Part shown: in pieces, positions 1 to 11,222 of the stretch
Layout of the letters: every line of letters begins with the position of its first letter
How positions within the stretch are numbered: the first letter of the stretch is position 1
Assembly: GCA_964057225.1 (NCBI GenBank)
Contig: OZ059896.1
Span: 4,588,001 to 4,652,000 of the forward strand
DNA from: Auanema rhodensis
Taxonomy: Eukaryota; Animalia; Nematoda
Length of the DNA stretch: 64,000 bases
Reading direction: 5' to 3'
Translations under genes and position numbers: made by a program
The notes under the pieces: generated by a model
Seen by the model: the letters and a program-made list of their open reading frames with translations, nothing else
What the model was told of the DNA's origin: nothing
The model's database searches: none

Positions 1-351
1 TATCCTCGATTTTCACCCTGAAGAATTAATTTTTTCGTTGAATAACATTGTCCATCGTTTTTGCCTTGAGAGAAGGAATCTAAAGACATCTACTTTTTGC
101 TAAATTATTTTGAAATTTTTCGAAAAAATTTTTGTCAAAATGTTTTTGGAAGCAATTTTGAGTGTACATGGAAACTCAACATACACTAATGCATCATTTT
201 TCAAACGATCATAACTAATTTTTGTGATGAGCGTTTCTCCATGTAGTATAATGCATTCGATGCGGATTTTTAAGCTGCGTCGATCTGTGTTATCAGATTT
301 GCGCTAGCTTGAAAATGCACCGAGATATTAACTGATATAAGTTCACACTTA
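1..351 (+). repeat. Representative monomer (351 bp, phase arbitrary)
   Basis: The sequence restarts at 352. Hand count gives 113 G+C in 351 bp (about 32% GC). Confidence 0.97.
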
Positions 352-355
352 TATC
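334..355. other. 9-bp perfect inverted repeat with 4-nt loop in most monomers (example copy)
   Basis: GATATAAGT-tcac-ACTTATATC. Confidence 0.85.
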
Positions 356-1668
356 CTCGATTTTCACCCTGAAGAATTAATTTTTTCGTTGAATAACATT
401 GTCCATCGTTTTTGCCTTGAGAGAAGGAATCTAAAGACATCTACTTTTTGCTAAATTATTTTGAAATTTTTCGAAAAAATTTTTGTCAAAATGTTTTTGG
501 AAGCAATGTTGAGTGTACATGGAAACTCAACATACACTAATGCATCATTTTTCAAAAGATCATAACTAATTTTTGTATTAAGCGTTTCTCAATGTAGTAT
601 AGTGCATTCGATGCGGATTTTTAAGCTGCGTCGATGTGTACTATCAGATTTGCGCTGGCTTGAAAATGCACCGAGATATCAACTGATATAAGTTCACACC
701 TATATCCTCGATTTTCACCCTGAAGAATTAATTTTTTCGTTGAATAACATTGTCCATCGTTTTTGCCTTGAAAGAAGGAATCTAAAAGCATCTACTTTTT
801 GCGAAATTATTTTGAAATTTTTCGAAAAAATTTTGTCAAAATGTTTTTGGAAGCAATGTTGAGTGTACATGGAAACTCAACATACACTAATGCATCATTT
901 TTCAAACGATCATAACTAATTTTTGTGATGAGCGTTTCTCCATGTAGTATAATGCATTCGATGCGGATTTTTAAGCTGCGTCGATCTGTGTTATCAGATT
1001 TGCGCTAGCTTGAAAATGCACCGAGATATCAACTGATATAAGTTCACACTTATATCCTCGATTTTCACCCTGAAGAATTAATTTTTTCGTTGAATAACAT
1101 TGTCCATCGTTTTTGCCTTGAAAGAAGGAATCTAAAAACATCTACTTTTTGCTAAATTATTTTGAAATTTTTCGAAAAAATTTTTGTCAAAATGTTTTTG
1201 GAAGCAATTTTGAGTGTACATGGAAACTCAACATACACTAATGCATCATTTTTCAAAAGATCATAACTAATTTTTGTATTAAGCGTTTCTCAATGTAGTA
1301 TAGTGCATTCGATGCGGATTTTTAAGCTGCGTCGATGTGTACTATCAGATTTGCGCTGGCTTGAAAATGCACCGAGATATCAACTGATATAAGTTCACAC
1401 CTATATCCTCGATTTTCACCCTGAAGAATTAATTTTTTCGTTGAATAACATTGTCCATCGTTTTTGCCTTGAAAGAAGGAATCTAAAAGCATCTACTTTT
1501 TGCTAAATTATTTTGAAATTTTTCGAAAAAAGTTTTGTCAAAATGTTTTTGGAAGCAATGTTGAGTGTACATGGAAACTCAACATACACTAATGCATCAT
1601 TTTTCAAACGATCATAACTAATTTTTGTGATGAGCGTTTCTCCATGTAGTATAGTGCATTCGATGCGG

Positions 1669-1719
1669 ATTTTTAAGCTGCGTCGATCTGTGTTATCAGA
1701 TTTGCGCTAGCTTAAAAAT
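1669..1719. other. Imperfect inverted repeat present in each monomer (example copy)
   Basis: ATTTTTAAGCT-GCG-TCG-ATCTG-tgttat-CAGAT-TTG-CGC-T-AGCTTAAAAAT. The outer arms are an 11-bp perfect match, with inner GCG/CGC and ATCTG/CAGAT pairs. Confidence 0.85.
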
Positions 1720-4700
1720 GCACCGAGATATCAACTGATATAAGTTCACACTTATATCCTCGATTTTCACCCTGAAGAATTAATTTTTTCGTTGAATAAC
1801 ATTGTCCATCGTTTTTGCCTTGAAAGAAGGAATCTAAAAACATCTACTTTTTGCTAAATTATTTTGAAATTTTTCGAAAAAATTTTTGTCAAAATGTTTT
1901 TGGAAGCAATTTTGAGTGTACATGGAAACTCAACATACACTAATGCATCATTTTTCAAACGATCATAACTAATTTTTGTATTAAGCTTTCCTCAATGTAA
2001 TATAGTGCATTCGATGCGGATTTTTAAGCTGCGTCGATATGTGTTATCAGATTTGCGCTAGCTTAAAAATGCACCGAGATATTAACTGATATAAGTTCAC
2101 ACTTATATCCTCGATTTTCACCCTGAAGAATTAATTTTTTCGTTGAATAACATTGTCCATCGTTTTTGCCTTGAAAGAAGGAATCTAAAAACATCTACTT
2201 TTTGCTAAATTATTTTGAAATTTTTCGAAAAAATTTTTGTCAAAATGTTTTTGGAAGCAATTTTGAGTGTACATGGAAACTCAACATACACTAATGCATC
2301 ATTTTTCAAAAGATCATAACTAATTTTTGTATTAAGCGTTTCTCAATGTAGTATAGTGCATTCGATGCGGATTTTTAAGCTGCGTCGATCTAGGTTATCA
2401 GATTTGCGCTAGCTTAAAAATGCACCGAGATATTAACTGATATAAGTTCACATTTATATCCTCGATTTTCACCCTGAAGAATTAATTTTTTCGTTGAATA
2501 ACATTGTCCATCGTTTTTGCCTCAAAAAAAGGAATCTAAAAACATCTACTTTTTGCGAAATTATTTTGAAATTTTTCGAAAAAATTTTGTCAAAATGTTT
2601 TTGGAAGCAATGTTGAGTGTACATGGAAACTCAACATACACTAATGCATCATTTTTCAAACGATCATAACTAATTTTTGTATTAAGCTTTTCTTAATGTA
2701 GTATAGTGCATTCGATGCGGAATTTTAAGCTGCGTCGATCTGTGTTATCAGATTTGCGCTAGCTTAAAAATACACCGAGATATCAACTGATATAAGTTCA
2801 CACTTATATCCTCGATTTTCACCCTGAAGAATTAATTTTTTCGTTGAATAACATTGTCCATCGTTTTTGCCTTGAAAGAAGGAATCTAAAAGCATCTACT
2901 TTTTGCTAAATTATTTTGAAATTTTTCGAAAAAATTTTTGTCAAAATGTTTTTGGAAGCAATGTTGAGTGTACATGGAAACTCAACATACACTAATGCAT
3001 CATTTTTCAAACGATCATAACTAATTTTTGTGATGAGCGTTTCTCCATGTAGTATAGTGCATTCGATGCGGATTTTTAAGCTGCGTCGATCTGTGTTATC
3101 AGATTTGCGCTAGCTTAAAAATGCACCGAGATATTAACTGATATAAGTTCACACTTATATCCTCGATTTTCACCCTGAAGAATTAATTTTTTCGTTGAAT
3201 AACATTGTCCATCGTTTTTGCCTTGAAAGAAGGAATCTAAAAACATCTACTTTTTGCTAAATTATTTTGAAATTTTTCGAAAAAATTTTTGTCAAAATGT
3301 TTTTGGAAGCAATTTTGAGTGTACATGGAAACTCAACATACACTAATGCATCATTTTTCAAACGATCATAACTAATTTTTGTATTAAGCTTTCCTCAATG
3401 TAATATAGTGCATTCGATGCGGATTTTTAAGCTGCGTCGATCTGTGTTATCAGATTTGCGCTAGCTTAAAAATGCACCTAGATATCATCTGATATAAGTT
3501 CACACTTATATCCTCGATTTTCACCCTGAAGAATTAATTTTTTCGTTGAATAACATTGTCCATCGTTTTTGCCTTGAAAAAAGGAATCTAAAAACATCTA
3601 CTTTTTGCTAAATTATTTCGAAATTTTTCGAAAAAATTTTTGTCAAAATGTTTTTGGAAGCAATGTTGAGTGTACATGGAAACTCAACATACACTAATGC
3701 ATCATTTTTCAAACGATCATAACTAATTTTTGTGATGAGCGTTTCTCCATGTAGTATAGTGCATTCGATGCGGATTTTTAAGCTGCGTCGATCTGTGTTA
3801 TCAGATTTGCGCTAGCTTAAAAATGCACCGAGATATCAACTGATATAAGTTCACACTTATATCCTCGATTTTCACCCTGAAGAATTAATTTTTTCGTTGA
3901 ATAACATTGTCCATCGTTTTTGCCTCAAAAAAAGGAATCTAAAAACATCTACTTTTTGCGAAATTATTTTGAAATTTTTCGAAAAAATTTTGTCAAAATG
4001 TTTTTGGAAGCAATGTTGAGTGTACATGGAAACTCAACATACACTAATGCATCATTTTTCAAACGATCATAACTAATTTTTGTGATGAGCGTTTCTCCAT
4101 GTAGTATAATGCATTCGATGCGGATTTTTAAGCTGCGTCGATCTATGTTATCAGATTTGCGCTAGCTTAAAAATGCACCGAGATATCAACTGATATAAGT
4201 TCACACTTATATCCTCGATTTTCACCCTGAAGAATTAATTTTTTCGTTGAATAACATTGTCCATCGTTTTTGCCTTGAAAGAAGGAATCTAAAAACATCT
4301 ACTTTTTGCTAAATTATTTTGAAATTTTTCGAAAAAATTTTTGTCAAAATGTTTTTGGAAGCAATTTTGAGTGTACATGGAAACTCAACATACACTAATG
4401 CATCATTTTTCAAACAATCATAACTAATTTTTGTATTAAGCTTTCCTCAATGTAATATAGTGCATTCGATGCGGATTTTTAAGCTGCGTCGATCTGTGTT
4501 ATCAGATTTGCGCTAGCTTAAAAATGCACCGAGATATCAACTGATATAAGTTCACACTTATATCCTCGATTTTCACCCTGAAGAATTAATTTTTTCGTTG
4601 AATAACATTGTCCATCGTTTTTGCCTTGAAAAAAGGAATCTAAAAACATCTACTTTTTGCTAAATTATTTTGAAATTTTTCGAAAAAATTTTTGTCAAAA

Positions 4701-7700
4701 TGTTTTTGGAAGCAATTTTGAGTGTACATGGAAACTCAACATACACTAATGCATCATTTTTCAAACGATCATAACTAATTTTTGTATTAAGCTTTGCTTA
4801 ATGTAGTATAGTGCATTCGATGCGGACTTTTAAGCTGCGTCGATCTGTGTTATCAGATTTGCGCTAGCTTAAAAATGCACCGAGATATCAACTGATATAA
4901 GTTCACACTTATATCCTCGATTTTCACCCTGAAGAATTAATTTTTTCGTTGAATAACATTGTCCATCGTTTTTGCCTTGAAAGAAGGAATCTAAAAACAT
5001 CTACTTTTTGCTAAATTGTTTTGAAATTTTTCGAAAAAATTTTTGTCAAAATGTTTTTGGAAGCAATTTTGAGTGTACATGGAAACTCAACATACACTAA
5101 TGCATCATTTTTCAAACGATCATAACTAATTTTTGTATTAAGCTTTCCTCAATGTAATATAGTGCATTCGATGCGGATTTTTAAGCTGCGTCGATCTGTG
5201 TTATCAGATTTGCGCTAGCTTAAAAATGCACCGAGATATCAACTGATATAAGTTCACACTTATATCCTCGATTTTCTCCCTGAAGAATTAATTTTTTCGT
5301 TGAATAACATCGTCCATCGTTTTTGCCTCAAAAAAAGGAATCTAAAAACATCTACTTTTTGCGAAATTATTTTGAAATTTTTCGAAAAAATTTTGTCAAA
5401 ATGTTTTTGGAAGCAATGTTGAGTGTACATGGAAACTCAACATACACTAATGCATCATTTTTCAAACGATCATAACTAATTTTTGTGATGAGCGTTTCTC
5501 CATGTAGTATAATGCATTCGATGCGGATTTTTAAGCTGCGTCGATCTATGTTATCAGATTTGCGCTAGCTTAAAAATGCACCGAGATATCAACTGATATA
5601 AGTTCACACTTATATCCTCGATTTTCACCCTGAAGAATTAATTTTTTCGTTGAATAACATTGTCCATCGTTTTTGCCTTGAAAGAAGGAATCTAAAAACA
5701 TCTACTTTTTGCGAAATTATTTTGAAATTTTTCGAAAAAATTTTGTCAAAATGTTTTTGGAAGCAATTTTGAGTGTACATGGAAACTCAACATACACTAA
5801 TGCATCATTTTTCAAACAATCATAACTAATTTTTGTATTAAGCTTTCCTCAATGTAATATAGTGCATTCGATGCGGATTTTTAAGCTGCGTCGATCTGTG
5901 TTATCAGATTTGCGCTAGCTTAAAAATGCACCGAGATATCAACTGATATAAGTTCACACTTATATCCTCGATTTTCTCCCTGAAGAATTAATTTTTTCGT
6001 TGAATAACATTGTCCATCGTTTTTGCCTTGAAAGAAGGAATCTAAAAACATCTACTTTTTGCTAAATTATTTTGAAATTTTTCGAAAAAATTTTTGTCAA
6101 AATGTTTTTGGAAGCAATTTTGAGTGTACATGGAAACTCAACATACACTAATGCATCATTTTTCAAACGATCATAACTAATTTTTGTATTAAGCTTTTCT
6201 TAATGTAGTATAGTGCATTCGATGCGGACTTTTAAGCTGCGTCGATCTGTGTTATCAGATTTGCGCTAGCTTAAAAATGCACCGAGATATTAACTGATAT
6301 AAGTTCACACTTATATCCTCGATTTTCACCCTGAAGAATTAATTTTTTCGTTGAATAACATTGTCCATCGTTTTCGCCTCAAAAAAAGGAATCTAAAAAC
6401 ATCTACTTTTTGCGAAATTATTTTGAAATTTTTCGAAAAAATTTTGTCAAAATGTTTTTGGAAGCAATGTTGAGTGTACATGGAAACTCAACATACACTA
6501 ATGCATCATTTTTCAAACGATCATAACTAATTTTTGTGATGAGCGTTTCTCCATGTAGTATAATGCATTCGATGCGGATTTTTAAGCTGCGTCGATCTGT
6601 ACTATCAGATTTGCGCTAGCTTGAAAATGCACCGAGATATGAACTGATATAAGTTCACACTTATATCCTCGATTTTCACCCTGAAGAATTAATTTTTTCG
6701 TTGAATTACATTGTCCATCGTTTTTGCCTTGAAAAAAGGAATCTAAAAACATCTACTTTTCGCTAAATTATTTTGAAATTTTTCGAAAAAATTTTTGTCA
6801 AAATGTTTTTGGAAGCAATTTTGAGTGTACATGGAAACTCAACATACACTAATGCATCATTTTTCAAACGATCATAACTTATTTTTGTATTAAGCGTTTC
6901 TCAATGTAGTATAGTGCATTCGATGCGGATTTTTAAGCTGCGTCGATCTGTACTATCAGATTTGCGCTAGCTTGAAAATGCACCGAGATATCAACTGATA
7001 TAAGTTCACACTTATATCCTCGATTTTCACCCTGAAGAATTAATTTTTTCGTTGAATAACATTGTCCATCGTTTTTGCCTCAAAAAAAGGAATCTAAAAA
7101 CATCTACTTTTTGCGAAATTATTTTGAAATTTTTCGAAAAAATTTTGTCAAAATGTTTTTGGAAGCAATGTTGAGTGTACATGGAAACTCAACATACACT
7201 AATGCATCATTTTTCAAACGATCATAACTAATTTTTGTGATGAGCGTTTCTCCATGTAGTATAATGCATTCGATGCGGATTTTTAAGCTGCGTCGATCTA
7301 TGTTATCAGATTTGCGCTAGCTTAAAAATGCACCGAGATATCAACTGATATAAGTTCACACTTATATCCTCGATTTTCACCCTGAAGAATTAATTTTTTC
7401 GTTGAATAACATTGTCCATCGTTTTTGCCTTGAAAGAAGAAATCTAAAAACATCTACTTTTTGCGAAATTATTTTGAAATTTTTCGAAAAAATTTTGTCA
7501 AAATGTTTTTGGAAGCAATTTTGAGTGTACATGGAAACTCAACATACACTAATGCATCATTTTTCAAACGATCGTAACTAATTTTTGTATTAAGCTTTTC
7601 TTAATGTAGTATAGTGCATTCGATGCAGACTTTTAAGCTGCGTCGATCTGTGTTATCAGATTTGCGCTAGCTTAAAAATGCACCGAGATATTAACTGATA

Positions 7701-7714
7701 TAAGTTCACACTTA

Positions 7715-10700
7715 TATCCTCGATTTTCACCCTGAAGAATTAATTTTTTCGTTGAATAACATTGTCCATCGTTTTTGCCTTGAAAGAAGGAATCTAAAAA
7801 CATCTACTTTTTGCTAAATTATTTTGAAATTTTTCGAAAAAATTTTGTCAAAATGTTTTTGGAAGCAATGTTGAGTGTACATGGAAACTCAACATACACT
7901 AATGCATCATTTTTCAAACGATCATAACTAATTTTTGTGATGAGCGTTTCTCCATGTAGTATAATGCATTCGATGCGGATTTTTAAGCTGCGTCGATCTG
8001 TGTTATCAGATTTGCGCTAGCTTAAAAATGCACCGAGATATCAACTGATATAAGTTCACACTTATATCCTCGATTTTCACCCTGAAGAATTAATTTTTTC
8101 GTTGAATAACATTGTCCATCGTTTTTGCCTTGAAAGAAGGAATCTAAAAACATCTACTTTTTGCTAAATTATTTTGAAATTTTTCGAAAAAATTTTTGTC
8201 AAAATGTTTTTGGAAGCAATTTTGAGTGTACATGGAAACTCAACATACACTAATGCATCATTTTTCAAACAATCATAACTAATTTTTGTATTAAGCTTTC
8301 CTCAATGTAATATAGTGCATTCGATGCGGTTTTTTAAGCTGCGTCGATCTGTGTTATCAGATTTGCGCTAGCTTAAAAATGCACCGAGATATCAACTGAT
8401 ATAAGTTCACACTTATATCCTCGATTTTCACCCTGAAGAATTAATTTTTTCGTTGAATAACATTGTCCATCGTTTTTGCCTTAAAAAAAGGAATCTAAAA
8501 ACATCTACTTTTTGCTAAATTATTTTGAAATTTTTCGAAAAAATTTTTGTCAAAATGTTTTTGGAAGCAATTTTGAGTGTACATGGAAACTCAACATACA
8601 CTAATGCATCATTTTTCAAACGATCATAACTAATTTTTGTATTAAGCTTTCCTCAATGTAATATAGTGCATTCGATGCGGATTTTTAAGCTGCGTCGATC
8701 TGTGTTATCAGATTTGCGCTAGCTTAAAAATGCACCTAGATATCATCTGATATAAGTTCACACTTGTATCCTCGATTTTCACCCTGAAGAATTAATTTTT
8801 TCGTTGAATAACATTGTCCATCGTTTTTGCCTTGAAAAAAAGAATCTAAAAACATCTACTTTTTGCTAAATTATTTTGAAATTTTTCGAAAAAATTTTTG
8901 TCAAAATGTTTTTGGAAGCAATGTTGAGTGTACATGGAAACTCAACATACACTAATGCATCATTTTTCAAACGATCATAACTAATTTTTGTGATGAGCGT
9001 TTCTCCATGTAGTATAATGCATTCGATGCGGACTTTTAAGCTGCGTCGATCTATGTTATCAGATTTGCGCTAGCTTAAAAATGCACCGAGATATCAACTG
9101 ATATAAGTTCACACTTATATCCTCGATTTTCACCCTGAAGAATTAATTTTTTCGTTGAATAACATTGTCCATCGTTTTTGCCTCGAAAAAAGGAATCTAA
9201 AAACATCTACTTTTTGCTAAATTATTTTGAAATTTTTCGAAAAAATTTTTGTCAAAATGTTTTTGGAAGCAATTTTGAGTGTACATGGAAACTCAACATA
9301 CACTAATGCATCATTTTTCAAACGATCATAACTAATTTTTGTATTAAGCTTTCCTCAATGTAATATAGTGCATTCGATGCGGTTTTTTAAGCTGCGTCGA
9401 TCTGTGTTATCAGATTTGCGCTAGCTTAAAAATGCACCGAGATATTAACTGATATAAGTTCACACTTATATCCTCGATTTTCACCCTGAAGAATTAATTT
9501 TTTCGTTGAATAACATTGTCCATCGTTTTTGCCTTGAAAGAAGGAATCTAAAAACATCTACTTTTTGCTAAATTATTTTGAAATTTTTCGAAAAAATTTT
9601 GTCAAAATGTTTTTGGAAGCAATGTTGAGTGTACATGGAAACTCAACATACACTAATGCATCATTTTTCAAACGATCATAACTAATTTTTGTGATGAGCG
9701 TTTCTCCATGTAGTATAATGCATTCGATGCGGATTTTTAAGCTGCGTCGATCTGTGTTATCAGATTTGCGCTAGCTTAAAAATGCACCGAGATATCAACT
9801 GATATAAGTTCACACTTATATCCTCGATTTTCACCCTGAAGAATTAATTTTTTCGTTGAATAACATTGTCCATCGTTTTTGCCTTGAAAGAAGGAATCTA
9901 AAAACATCTACTTTTTGCTAAATTATTTTGAAATTTTTCGAAAAAATTTTTGTCAAAATGTTTTTGGAAGCAATTTTGAGTGTACATGGAAACTCAACAT
10001 ACACTAATGCATCATTTTTCAAACAATCATAACTAATTTTCGTATTAAGCTTTCCTCAATGTAATATAGTGCATTCGATGCGGTTTTTTAAGCTGCGTCG
10101 ATCTGTGTTATCAGATTTGCGCTAGCTTAAAAATGCACCGAGATATCAACTGATATAAGTTCACACTTATATCCTCGATTTTCACCCTGAAGAATTAATT
10201 TTTTCGTTGAATAACATTGTCCATCGTTTTTGCCTTAAAAAAAGGAATCTAAAAACATCTACTTTTTGCTAAATTATTTTGAAATTTTTCGAAAAAATTT
10301 TTGTCAAAATGTTTTTGGAAGCAATTTTGAGTGTACATGGAAACTCAACATACACTAATGCATCATTTTTCAAACGATCATAACTAATTTTTGTATTAAG
10401 CTTTCCTCAATGTAATATAGTGCATTCGATGCGGATTTTTAAGCTGCGTCGATCTGTGTTATCAGATTTGCGCTAGCTTAAAAATGCACCTAGATATCAT
10501 CTGATATAAGTTCACACTTGTATCCTCGATTTTCACCCTGAAGAATTAATTTTTTCGTTGAATAACATTGTCCATCGTTTTTGCCTTGAAAAAAAGAATC
10601 TAAAAACATCTACTTTTTGCTAAATTATTTTGAAATTTTTCGAAAAAATTTTTGTCAAAATGTTTTTGGAAGCAATGTTGAGTGTACATGGAAACTCAAC

Positions 10701-11222
10701 ATACACTAATGCATCATTTTTCAAACGATCATAACTAATTTTTGTGATGAGCGTTTCTCCATGTAGTATAATGCATTCGATGCGGACTTTTAAGCTGCGT
10801 CGATCTATGTTATCAGATTTGCGCTAGCTTAAAAATGCACCGAGATATCAACTGATATAAGTTCACACTTATATCCTCGATTTTCACCCTGAAGAATTAA
10901 TTTTTTCGTTGAATAACATTGTCCATCGTTTTTGCCTCGAAAAAAGGAATCTAAAAACATCTACTTTTTGCTAAATTATTTTGAAATTTTTCGAAAAAAT
11001 TTTTGTCAAAATGTTTTTGGAAGCAATTTTGAGTGTACATGGAAACTCAACATACACTAATGCATCATTTTTCAAACGATCATAACTAATTTTTGTATTA
11101 AGCTTTCCTCAATGTAATATAGTGCATTCGATGCGGTTTTTTAAGCTGCGTCGATCTGTGTTATCAGATTTGCGCTAGCTTAAAAATGCACCGAGATATC
11201 AACTGATATAAGTTCACACTTA
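7715..11222 (+). repeat. 5-monomer higher-order duplication (2 x 1754 bp)
   Basis: The rare GAAAAAAAGAATC variant occurs at 8841 and 10595 (offset 1754). The same unusual chimeric monomer starts at 7715 and 9469. Confidence 0.85.

Noticed and set aside
33-49. CENP-B box-like motif (TTTCGTTGAATAACATT)
   Set aside because: It matches only TTCG and the central A of NTTCGNNNNANNCGGGN. The essential CGGG is absent.
18-75. Hammerhead ribozyme (CTGAAGA matches the CUGANGA core; some animal satellites encode hammerheads)
   Set aside because: No stem II closing onto a GAAA follows. The nearest downstream match is GAAT, and the later TTGAAAG of B copies has no complementary arm. I could not build stems I and III. 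An Infernal/Rfam scan would settle it.
245-252. TATAAT as a bacterial -10 promoter element
   Set aside because: It is a chance hexamer in AT-rich satellite, present in only one haplotype, with no downstream gene.
266-316. Compensatory covariation supporting a conserved RNA hairpin
   Set aside because: The potentially compensating alleles TTTTCAAGCT (about 26925, 50068) and AGCTTGAAAAT (e.g. 306) occur in different monomers, not together. There is no covariation evidence.
1-351. Tandem 5S rRNA, tRNA, snRNA or spliced-leader gene array
   Set aside because: I recognise no such RNA sequence, cloverleaf or Pol III A/B/C box on either strand. This was judged by eye only.
1-351. Monomer as a diverged dimer of about 175-bp subunits
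   Set aside because: I could not align the two halves convincingly by eye. A self dot plot at low stringency would be needed.
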